Shown here in pieces: positions 27,813 to 35,653 of a stretch of 64,000 bases of DNA. Source of the stretch: an uncultured Actinomycetes bacterium (GTDB lineage: Bacteria; Actinomycetota; CADDZG01; JAHWKV01); contig CAZCSK010000003.1 in the NCBI GenBank assembly GCA_964501265.1, forward strand, positions 436-64,435, in the 5' to 3' direction. Under the pieces are notes generated by a model. That model was given only the letters and a program-made list of their open reading frames with translations. It made no database searches and had not been told where the DNA came from. The stretch's first letter is position 1. Each line of letters begins with the position of its first letter. The position numbers and the translations under genes were made by a program.

Positions 27813-28067
27813 TCAGACAGGCCTCGGTACGCGGACACTGAAGCCAGCGCCATACCCGTCAACGGTCGGATCGGCCCCGGCGCCAATATGAGCCCACTCA
27901 TCAAACACCGTAACGCAGTCGCCCACGGGGGTTGAATTCCCCGCTTGCCAGATTCGCACTTCCGCGCAAACTTCTGCACTAGCGGCCGGAGCAAACAGGC
28001 CAATAACTCCTACGACTACCAGCACGACCGTCAGAAGAATTGTGATGCGCCTCGACTGTGTTCTCAT
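27813..28067 (-). CDS. Small secreted hypothetical protein
   Basis: 84 aa with a signal peptide (ILLTVVLVVVGVIGLFAPAASA|EV) and two Cys residues in the mature part. Confidence 0.5.
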   Translation of the reverse strand: MRTQSRRITILLTVVLVVVGVIGLFAPAASAEVCAEVRIWQAGNSTPVGDCVTVFDEWAHIGAGADPTVDGYGAGFSVRVPRPV

Positions 28068-28260
28068 CTGCTTCTCCCTCTCCCCGAGTTCCTTCGACGA
28101 CTTTGCATGATTCGTCCGTCAATTTCTTCCCCCTACCCGGTAGAACGGCCAAAAAAAAGGGGTTAGTCATTACCCCCAATTTGCCGGATGGCGGCCGCTG
28201 TGCAAAGGCCCTCAAGCTTTTCGGCTACCGCCGTAAAGTGGCATCGCGTGGTACCGCGCT

Positions 28261-28467
28261 GAGGCCGCGGCCATAGCCCAGCGGGAGGAAGCTAGGCATG
28301 ACCTCGAAGGTTGGTGTTAGGACTACCCCCCATTTCTTCCTCCAAATACCGAAAAGGGGGAAGAACTGCGGGCCCGTTCCGACTAGCCTCCCAGACAGAA
28401 GAGGCGTTGCTTCATCACCGGATGTCCGCATCACAACAGACCAAGTCTTCGCTGGGAGTGGCCAGGT
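28261..28467 (+). repeat. Element A, copy 2 (candidate structured leader upstream of the tad operon, with a relic of a response-regulator 3' end)
   Basis: Aligns by eye with 6935..7140. The single difference inside the 9-bp hairpin (C to T) converts a G-C pair to G-U. Ends 84 nt upstream of the cpaB start. Confidence 0.7.
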
Positions 28468-28550
28468 GCAGGGAAAGGGCTACGACCCGGAATCTCTCTC
28501 GGAAGAGGCGTTTCTGAAACTGCTGGCAACTCATGTGAAGGAGGGCTCTG

Positions 28551-29192
28551 ATGCAGGCCGCTGAAGCCGTCGTTCCTCGCACCGCCGCTAGGCTCCGCCG
28601 GATTGATCTTCGGGTGGGGGTTGGAATTTTTCTCATGGCGCTTTCGCTGATCGGCTCGACCGCGCTTATTCGAAAAGCCGAGGCAAGATTGTCGGTCCTT
28701 GTGGCCGCTCACACTGTGGAGCCTGGTTCGGTTATCCAAGCGTCGGACCTGCGCGTAGAGAGCATCTCGTTAACCGGTGGAGTGGCCTACCTCGGCGAAA
28801 AGCGAAGGAACGCGGTCGTCGGCAAGATCGCAGCCGAGCAGCTTTGGCCCGGGAAGCTTCTCAGTTCATCCTCGGTCGCGGACACGGCGAAGCTGCCCGC
28901 CGGGTATGTGGCGATGAGCCTCGCCTTAAAGCCCGACCGCGCGGCGGGAGGGCAGCTGCGCCCCGGCGACCACGTGGCCGTGATCGCTTCGACTTCGCCC
29001 GACCGTCCTAACGCGAGCACCAGACTTCTCTTGACCGACGTTCCCGTCCTTTCTATAAGGCAGGGGGATGCCGCCGATGGCGGCGCCGTGATCGTTACTC
29101 TCCGGCTGCGCTTGGAGGAAGCTCGCGACCTTGCCGAAGCGCGATCCGCCGGGTCGATCGATCTTGTGCTTCTCTCGGGGGCTAAGTCGTGA
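28551..29192 (+). CDS. cpaB: Flp pilus assembly protein CpaB-like (SAF domain)
   Basis: 213 aa with GAAGGAGGG upstream. N-terminal TM helix and a SAF-like segment (VLVAAHTVEPGSVIQASDLRV). First gene of the tad operon. Confidence 0.75.
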   Translation: MQAAEAVVPRTAARLRRIDLRVGVGIFLMALSLIGSTALIRKAEARLSVLVAAHTVEPGSVIQASDLRVESISLTGGVAYLGEKRRNAVVGKIAAEQLWPGKLLSSSSVADTAKLPAGYVAMSLALKPDRAAGGQLRPGDHVAVIASTSPDRPNASTRLLLTDVPVLSIRQGDAADGGAVIVTLRLRLEEARDLAEARSAGSIDLVLLSGAKS

Positions 29193-29920
29193 GCCTGATC
29201 GCGGTCGGCTGTGGCAAGGGGTCACCGGGTTGTACATTCGTCGCGATCAACCTCGCTGCTGCCATTGCGGCCTCGGTCGGCGAGGCTCTGCTCATTGACT
29301 TGGACTCTCAGGGCGCCGATATTTCTGCTTATCTCGGGCTTGATCCAATGCGTGGTCTTTACCCGCTGATGCGATTAGAGGGCAGAGTGCCCTCCCCCGA
29401 CTCGCTTCTGCGCGAGGCAGAGCCTTGCGGAGACCTCCTGTGTATTGGTGGTTTCCCAAGGGCAGAGGACGCCGATGTCGAAATGATCCGCAAGGTCCTC
29501 GACGCTTGCCGCGAAACCCCCGGCACCGTCGTGGCGGACCTTGGCCGCGTCTCCCCTCAAACCGCCGATCTGTTCACGAAGGCGGACCTCGTACTGATCG
29601 CGGTCGGCCCCGACATGATCGGCACCTACGGCGCAGAGCGAGCCATCGAAACTCTCAAAAGATCGGGCGTCGCCGAGGCCAAAGTTGGCGCAGTGATAAC
29701 CGGGTGGGAGTGGCGGCGCGCGGGCGACCTCGCCGAGGTCGTGCAGGCAGTGTCGGCAAAAGTAATCGGGACGATCCCGCTCGACCGTCGAGAAGCGCGC
29801 AGGGCTCTTGCACAACAACGGCCCCTCAACCGCGGATCAGCCGCCAAGGCCTTCAGTGCGCTGGCTGCGGAGACGCTGGCAGTGATCGACGAGCGAACCG
29901 AGAAAGTGTTTGCGCGATGA
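29189..29920 (+). CDS. tadZ: TadZ/CpaE-like ParA/MinD-fold protein with a degenerate P-loop
   Basis: 243 aa with a GTGA overlap. Its position between cpaB and tadA is typical. The P-loop position reads GCGKGSPGCT rather than KGGxGKT. Confidence 0.6.
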   Translation: MSLIAVGCGKGSPGCTFVAINLAAAIAASVGEALLIDLDSQGADISAYLGLDPMRGLYPLMRLEGRVPSPDSLLREAEPCGDLLCIGGFPRAEDADVEMIRKVLDACRETPGTVVADLGRVSPQTADLFTKADLVLIAVGPDMIGTYGAERAIETLKRSGVAEAKVGAVITGWEWRRAGDLAEVVQAVSAKVIGTIPLDRREARRALAQQRPLNRGSAAKAFSALAAETLAVIDERTEKVFAR

Positions 29921-31203
29921 GCGGCATCGATTCACTCATCGCGCAGGCCCGGGAAGCCCTTAGCTTAAAACTGGCCGAGTCGTCCCTGATCCGTCCGACC
30001 GAGAGCGAGGAAAGAGAAGCGATAGAGGTTCTCGAAGATCTGATCGAGAAGGAGAACCGTCGCCGCGTCCACTCGTCAGAGGCAACGTTGTCCGAACCCG
30101 AGCAGAAGCGCCTCCAGCGCAGGCTCTTCGACCTCTTCTTTCGCCTTGGTCCCCTTCAGCCGTATCTCGACGACGAGAGCCTGGAAGAAATCACTGTGAA
30201 CGCGCCGCACCGGGCATTCGTCGTTCAGGCCGGGGGCGAAAAGCGTGAGATCGACCCGGGCTTTTCCTCCGACGATGAAGTGCGGACCTTTGTATCGCGC
30301 GTCGTAGCGCGCGCCGGCCGTCGTGTCGATGATGCCTCGCCGTCGATCGACGTAAGGCTGCCCGACGGCGAGCGACTGCATGCGATGCTGCCGCCGATCT
30401 CGCGACACGTTTGCATCACCATCCGACGTCACCGCCTCGTCGCCGAAACTCTGGACGATCTGATCACTTTGGGCACCGTCACGCGGGAGGCCGCCGGATT
30501 TCTCACCGATGCTGTCAAGAGCGGGGTAAACATCCTTGTCTCTGGAGGCACCGCCTCCGGCAAGACCACAACACTCAATGCCCTCGGCCGAGCGATCCCG
30601 GTGAATGAGCGCGTCGTCACTGTGGAGGAGACGAATGAGCTGCGGCTCGAGGAGCTGCTCGCGGACTGCGTGGCTCTTGAAGCCCGGCCGCCGAACGCCG
30701 AAAGGGTCGGGGAGGTCTCGATTCGAGAGCTGGTTCGGGCGGCTCTTCGCATGCGCCCAAGCCGAATCATTGTCGGTGAGGTTCGCGGACCCGAGGCGCT
30801 CGACATGCTCTCGGCGATGAACACCGGCCACGAAGGTTCGATGGGGACTATCCACGCCAACAACGCCCGCCAGGCCATCACCAAACTTCGGACCTACTTG
30901 CTCATGGCCAAAGAGGAAGTGCCGGCTGAGGTCGCCGCCGACATGATCGCCGAGACGATCCAACTAGTCGTGCATCTTGAACTCGACAAGTCGGGCAAGC
31001 GCAGGGTGGTCCAGATAGCAGAGGTCGCCGGGCTCGAAGGCGGCCGCGTTCTGACCAACGACCTATATCGGCTGGAGCGCGGAGAGCTCACGGCGACCGG
31101 CCTGCGCCCAAGGTGGAATGACCGACATTCCGAGTTCGGGCCTCATGAACCGCTGGCTGTCGGCTCGGTCGACGGTAACGGGAGCGCGTCATGGAAGCGC
31201 TAG
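29917..31203 (+). CDS. tadA: Tad pilus secretion ATPase CpaF/TadA
   Basis: In-frame ATG 29917 (MSGIDSLIAQ...) in an ATGA overlap. Walker A VSGGTASGKTTTLNAL. T2SS-E motifs (RPSRIIVGEVRGPEALDML, NTGHEGSMGTIHAN). Confidence 0.9.
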   Translation: MSGIDSLIAQAREALSLKLAESSLIRPTESEEREAIEVLEDLIEKENRRRVHSSEATLSEPEQKRLQRRLFDLFFRLGPLQPYLDDESLEEITVNAPHRAFVVQAGGEKREIDPGFSSDDEVRTFVSRVVARAGRRVDDASPSIDVRLPDGERLHAMLPPISRHVCITIRRHRLVAETLDDLITLGTVTREAAGFLTDAVKSGVNILVSGGTASGKTTTLNALGRAIPVNERVVTVEETNELRLEELLADCVALEARPPNAERVGEVSIRELVRAALRMRPSRIIVGEVRGPEALDMLSAMNTGHEGSMGTIHANNARQAITKLRTYLLMAKEEVPAEVAADMIAETIQLVVHLELDKSGKRRVVQIAEVAGLEGGRVLTNDLYRLERGELTATGLRPRWNDRHSEFGPHEPLAVGSVDGNGSASWKR

Positions 31204-31982
31204 CCCTCGGGGTCATCTTCGCTCTCGGCGTCCTTTTTATATACGACGCGCTCACAAGACCGGACGCCAAGCTTGAGCCGAGGAAGTGGATCTCACGAAT
31301 CGGTCCTCGGGGAGCTGGTGCAATCGCTGGCGCGGCGACCGCCTTCCTTCTGACTCGCTGGCCAATGGCCGGAGTTGCCGGAGCAATCCTTGGAGGGCTA
31401 GCCCCGGCGCTAGTCGCCCGGGCACGCGCAGAGCGAGAGCGAGTCCGCCGGATGGAAGCAATCGCCGAACTAGCCATGCGCCTTCGCGACGCCATTCGTT
31501 CCGGCATTGGAATTCACGACGCCCTCTCACAGGCCGCCGCCAGGCCGCCGGTCGCGATCGCGTCTGAACTTCGAAGACTCGCCGCCGACGCCAAGGTGTC
31601 CGGGATGGACGTGGGGACCGCGACCTTCGCAGCGCGACTGGGGCAGGACGCTGAACTGCTTGCCGGCGCACTCCTCCTCGGCGAACAGCTGGGAGCGCGC
31701 AACACGTCTGACGTTCTGGACGCTCTTGCCGAGGCCACGTCCGCCAAAGCGGCGACCCTTCGTGAAGCGAGAGCGCGGCAGACAAGAGCCAAATCCTCTG
31801 CTCGGATCGTTGCGGCGATCCCGCTCCTGCTGCTCCTGGCAATTCGTTACTCCAATCCCGCTTACCTCGCACCATTCAACGCAGTGCAAGGTCAGCTCGT
31901 TCTAATGTTTGCCTTCGCGCTTATCGGTTTGGGCTACGCGGCGATGTTGCGGGTGGCCCGTCTCGAAGGAAGGAGCGGGTAG
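31191..31982 (+). CDS. tadB: Tad pilus inner-membrane platform protein TadB (T2SS-F family)
   Basis: 263 aa. Position and TM/cytoplasmic-domain pattern are typical of TadB. Confidence 0.75.
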   Translation: MEALALGVIFALGVLFIYDALTRPDAKLEPRKWISRIGPRGAGAIAGAATAFLLTRWPMAGVAGAILGGLAPALVARARAERERVRRMEAIAELAMRLRDAIRSGIGIHDALSQAAARPPVAIASELRRLAADAKVSGMDVGTATFAARLGQDAELLAGALLLGEQLGARNTSDVLDALAEATSAKAATLREARARQTRAKSSARIVAAIPLLLLLAIRYSNPAYLAPFNAVQGQLVLMFAFALIGLGYAAMLRVARLEGRSG

Positions 31983-32912
31983 ATGGGCGCGGCTTTCATG
32001 GTCGGACTTACCTTCGGGGTCGGGATCCTTCTTGTTCTCACCGGGCAACCGATAGGGCGCGCCCGCCCGAGCATTGCCTCGCGCCTTCAGGCTCTTCGGC
32101 CTGATCGCCCACCGCAAACAACGTCTGAGAGGGTGCCAGCTTTCCGCACGAGGATTTTCGAGGAGATCCTGCGCCCATTGATCGAGCGCGGCGGCGAGGC
32201 GCTTCTGGCGGTTGCGCGCCGTCTTGGTCTCGATCTTGGAGAAACAGCTTCGCGCCTGATGGCTACCGGCGACCCCGGAGGGCTCGGCCTGTTCCTCGGC
32301 CAGAAGATTACCACCGGACTTCTCGGCCTCGCCTTCCTACCGGCGGCCGCAGCACTCGGCGCTTTTCCGCAGACTCCGAGCTGGATCTGGGTCTCGGCAG
32401 GCCTCATGGGCTTTCTGATGCCGGATGCCATTCTTCGCTCCAAAGCGGAGGCGCGCCGGCGGGAACTTCGCGAGGGCCTTGCGCGGTTCGCGGATCTAGT
32501 GTCGCTTTCGGTCTCGGCGGGGCTCGGTCTTGAGGGCGCGCTCGAGGAGGTGTCGCGGCGCTCCGAAGGTCCTTTCTTCGAATATCTACGGCGAGCCCTT
32601 CGTGAGACCCGACTACGCGGCGAGCCGGCATCGACGGCCCTCACCCAACTCGCACAGGATCTCAGGTTGGCCGACGCCGAACCCCTTGCGAGCGCGCTGG
32701 CGTCCGCCCAGTCCCACGGGATCCCCGTTTCGCAGGTCCTTCGCGCTCAAGCGCGCTCTATCCGGGAGCGACGCCGCATCGAACTGGTCGAAGCCGGCGA
32801 GCGGGCACAGACTCGGATGGTCTTGCCGGTCGGTCTTTTGATCCTTCCGGCTTTCTTCCTGCTCGTTTTGTATCCGGCCGCCGTGCAATTGCTGCAAGTG
32901 ACGGCGAAATAG
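31983..32912 (+). CDS. tadC: Tad pilus inner-membrane platform protein TadC (T2SS-F family)
   Basis: 309 aa. Directly follows tadB (the stop is immediately followed by ATG). T2SS-F-like C-terminal part (LPVGLLILPAFFLLVLYPA). Confidence 0.75.
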   Translation: MGAAFMVGLTFGVGILLVLTGQPIGRARPSIASRLQALRPDRPPQTTSERVPAFRTRIFEEILRPLIERGGEALLAVARRLGLDLGETASRLMATGDPGGLGLFLGQKITTGLLGLAFLPAAAALGAFPQTPSWIWVSAGLMGFLMPDAILRSKAEARRRELREGLARFADLVSLSVSAGLGLEGALEEVSRRSEGPFFEYLRRALRETRLRGEPASTALTQLAQDLRLADAEPLASALASAQSHGIPVSQVLRAQARSIRERRRIELVEAGERAQTRMVLPVGLLILPAFFLLVLYPAAVQLLQVTAK

Positions 32913-32929
32913 TGAAGGGGGGTGGTGAG

Positions 32930-33112
32930 ATGCGGTTCAAGTTGTGGAGGTTTTGGTCCCGGGTGTCCGGCGATGGCGGAGAGGTCTATGTCGAGTACGC
33001 CGTGCTAGCGGCCGTTGCAGTACTCGTGATCCTGTTCGCGATCCAGTACTTCTTCGGAGGAATCGCCCAGGTGTTCCAACGCATGGGTGATGTTTTGAGA
33101 GGAATCGGATGA
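32930..33112 (+). CDS. flp: Flp-family pilin
   Basis: Start chosen at ATG 32930 after GGGGGGTGGTGAG. The processing-site-like GDGG|EVYVEYAVLAAVAVLVILFAI fits the Flp G|xxxxEY motif plus a hydrophobic helix. Confidence 0.75.
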   Translation: MRFKLWRFWSRVSGDGGEVYVEYAVLAAVAVLVILFAIQYFFGGIAQVFQRMGDVLRGIG

Positions 33113-33507
33113 AGTGGATAGACGACCGTGGCGAGGTCGCTCTGGAATTGGCGATTGTCGCGCCGGTGCTAATGGTGCTCTTGCTGGGCGTGCTTCAGTT
33201 CGGGCTCTGGTACCACGCGCAACACGTCGTTCAGACCGCCGCCCTTGAAGCTTCGAGGGTGGCTGCAGCAGGGGACGGAACTCCGGACGAGGGTCAAGCG
33301 CGGGCGTTCGACGTTATGCGCGCCGGTTTGGGATCGGCTCCCGAGGGAACCGTGGTGGAGGTCAACATCGCGAGCGAGTCGGTGAGAACGACGGTAGAGG
33401 CGAACATGCGCGGATTGTTGCCGATCCCAGGGCTGACGTCCATCGGTCTTCGTGCCCAAGCAGTGACGTACCGGGAACGATTCCGCCCTGTGGGAGAACG
33501 GCCGTGA
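33109..33507 (+). CDS. tadE: TadE-like pseudopilin
   Basis: 132 aa with an ATGA overlap. TadE N-terminal motif DDRGEVALELAIVAPVLMVLLLGVLQFG. Confidence 0.8.
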   Translation: MKWIDDRGEVALELAIVAPVLMVLLLGVLQFGLWYHAQHVVQTAALEASRVAAAGDGTPDEGQARAFDVMRAGLGSAPEGTVVEVNIASESVRTTVEANMRGLLPIPGLTSIGLRAQAVTYRERFRPVGERP

Positions 33508-33917
33508 AACTCCGAGACGACCAGGGCACCGCGGCGTTGGAACTTGTGATGATCGCGCCGGCTCTGCTGCTGCTGATCGCTGTGATCGTTGGCGCCGGGA
33601 GGATTGTTTCGACGAAGTCTGCGGTCGAGTCGGTTGCGCGCGAGGCGGCGAGGGCGGCGTCTGATGCAAGCGATCCCGTCTCAGCGCGGGCGAAGGGAGA
33701 GGTAAGCGCTTCCGATGCCGCGGACGGGCTCGGTCTCGATCCTCGCCGGCTGGAGGTCGCAACCGATGCCGGGGATTTCAATCGCGGCGAGCCCCTGACG
33801 GTGAGAGTGGCCTACGGGGTGAGGCTCGCCGATCTTCCGGCTTTCGGACTCCTACCCGGCTCGTTCGTCGTCTCGGCAAGGCACACCGAGATCATAGAAA
33901 GGCACAAGTCGAGATGA
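33504..33917 (+). CDS. TadE/TadF-like pseudopilin
   Basis: 137 aa with a GTGA overlap. N-terminal motif DDQGTAALELVMIAPALLLLIAVIVGAG. Confidence 0.8.
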   Translation: MKLRDDQGTAALELVMIAPALLLLIAVIVGAGRIVSTKSAVESVAREAARAASDASDPVSARAKGEVSASDAADGLGLDPRRLEVATDAGDFNRGEPLTVRVAYGVRLADLPAFGLLPGSFVVSARHTEIIERHKSR

Positions 33918-34336
33918 GATTCGAAAGGGTCGGTGACGAGTCCGGTCAGGTTGCACCCCTTGTGGCCGTAACCCTTCTGGGCCTGATGGCGGTAACCGCG
34001 CTGGTTGTGGATGGCGGAGTCCTTTTCTCGGTACGCCGCAACTTACAGACCCTGGCCGACGGCGCGGCCCGGGCCGGAGCCATGATCATCGACGAGGAAG
34101 ACTTGCGCCGAAGTGGAGGAGAGATTGTTCAGTTGGACCCCGACGGGGCGCGAGTTGCCGTTCGTCGCTACCTACAAGAGTCCGAGTTCGAAGGTGCCGC
34201 CGATGTTGAGGTCGACAGCGCCTCAGTTACGGTCCGGCTATCCGAGGAAAGCCCTACCGTCTTGCTGTCGGTGATAGGAGTCAAACGGTTTGACGTTGGG
34301 GCGCTTGCGACCGCGAGCCCGAGGAGCGAAGGCTGA
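33914..34336 (+). CDS. tadG: TadG-like (TadE/G-like) pilus assembly protein
   Basis: 140 aa with an ATGA overlap. N-terminal DESGQVAPLVAVTLLGLMAVTALVVDGG...LQTLADGAARAGA. Confidence 0.65.
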   Translation: MRFERVGDESGQVAPLVAVTLLGLMAVTALVVDGGVLFSVRRNLQTLADGAARAGAMIIDEEDLRRSGGEIVQLDPDGARVAVRRYLQESEFEGAADVEVDSASVTVRLSEESPTVLLSVIGVKRFDVGALATASPRSEG

Positions 34337-34337
34337 G

Positions 34338-34865
34338 ATGGAGAACAAATCTCGCTCCCTCTTGGTCGGCGGAGTCATGACGGCCGTCATTCTCGGCGGA
34401 TTGGCTCTTGGCTTCTTTCTGTTGCAAAGTCCGGACCGCTCTCCCGGACCGTCCGAGTCACCGACACCCGCAGCGACGGAGGAGCGGCTGCAGGTCGAGA
34501 AGGCCTATCTAAGATTCTGGGACGCATGGGCCAAGGCCAACGAAACGCTGGATCCCGCCCTCCTCGACGATGCGATGACCGGCGAGGCCCTCGCACAAGC
34601 GCGCGCCCTAGTTGAGGAAGGCCGCGCAAAGAACGAACCGATTCGTATTCGGGTCGAGCACAACTATCACATTGTTATTACTCACGATTCACTAGCGACC
34701 GTCGAGGACTCTTTCCTTGATCGATCGGTCGAACTCGAACCGGAAACTGGCAAACCGGTGGGCCCAGAAGTAAACGAAACCGTCCGCAACAGTTACACGC
34801 TAAAGAAGGAGGGAGGAACATGGAAGGTCGCCGAAATCATCGCCTATCGATCGCCCTCGCCTTAG
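34338..34865 (+). CDS. Membrane-anchored hypothetical protein (tad operon)
   Basis: In-frame ATG 34338 (MENKSRSLLVGGVMTAVILGGLALGFFLL). Single TM helix plus a ~140-aa soluble domain. No family recognised. Confidence 0.55.
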   Translation: MENKSRSLLVGGVMTAVILGGLALGFFLLQSPDRSPGPSESPTPAATEERLQVEKAYLRFWDAWAKANETLDPALLDDAMTGEALAQARALVEEGRAKNEPIRIRVEHNYHIVITHDSLATVEDSFLDRSVELEPETGKPVGPEVNETVRNSYTLKKEGGTWKVAEIIAYRSPSP

Positions 34866-35653
34866 CCTTAGCCTTAATTCTCCCTTTGATGGGAGTTCGG
34901 GCGGCGGCCGATGATGAACAGCAGGCTCGCTATCGGAACAAGCGGCTCTCCACCGCGACTGTCTACACGACGCCGGATGCCGCCGTCGTTGAGGCCGATA
35001 GCGCGGGTGGCGTGTCCGCGGCATCTTCAGTCAAGGCGACCCGGAGAAGGCAATGCCGGCTAGAACCGGTTCTCGCCAATGTCACCTCGAGCAACGTCGA
35101 CATTTACGCGGCACATCAAGGTGAGACGGATTTCTTTCTCTACTGTGACGGCGAGTACGTGGGTCTAGTGTGGCGCAAGATAGACTCCGAACCCCGGGCG
35201 GGCATTTCGATGACACCGGGCGATGTCGCCGAGCACCTCCGTGACGAGATTCCAATGCCGACAGTAAATGTCCGCATCAACCCGGACGTGGGTCTGGTTG
35301 GCGCCGAGTCGTGGTTCTGGATCGAAGGATACTCAGGGGAGGCGATCACCAACTCGACCGACGCACTCGGAAGAGCGGTTGAGGTCGAGGCGAGGGCCAT
35401 TCATTACGAGTGGTTCTTCGGAGACGGATCTACGGCCGCAGCGACGACAACGGGCACGGCCTATCCCGAGAGGTCGCAGATCCGGCATGTGTTTCAGCGG
35501 GCCTCGTCCGGTGGGTATGGGGTCGATGTGCGCTTTACATTTGCGGTCCGGTATCGCGTGGACGGCGGGGCATGGATCGAGCTTCCCGGTATCAGCCGGA
35601 CGGCAACGGCGACCTATCGGGTTAGGGAATCTCAAGCAGTGATATCGAAATGA
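34820..35653 (+). CDS. Secreted hypothetical protein (tad operon)
   Basis: 277 aa with a signal peptide (LALALALILPLMGVRAAA|DD). PKD-like W.FGDGS motif. The start is uncertain (46-nt overlap with the upstream gene). Confidence 0.5.
   Translation: MEGRRNHRLSIALALALALILPLMGVRAAADDEQQARYRNKRLSTATVYTTPDAAVVEADSAGGVSAASSVKATRRRQCRLEPVLANVTSSNVDIYAAHQGETDFFLYCDGEYVGLVWRKIDSEPRAGISMTPGDVAEHLRDEIPMPTVNVRINPDVGLVGAESWFWIEGYSGEAITNSTDALGRAVEVEARAIHYEWFFGDGSTAAATTTGTAYPERSQIRHVFQRASSGGYGVDVRFTFAVRYRVDGGAWIELPGISRTATATYRVRESQAVISK

Noticed and set aside
30076-30963. The 295-aa minus-strand ORF.
   Set aside because: It is antisense to the strongly supported tadA/cpaF ATPase gene, and no family motifs were found.
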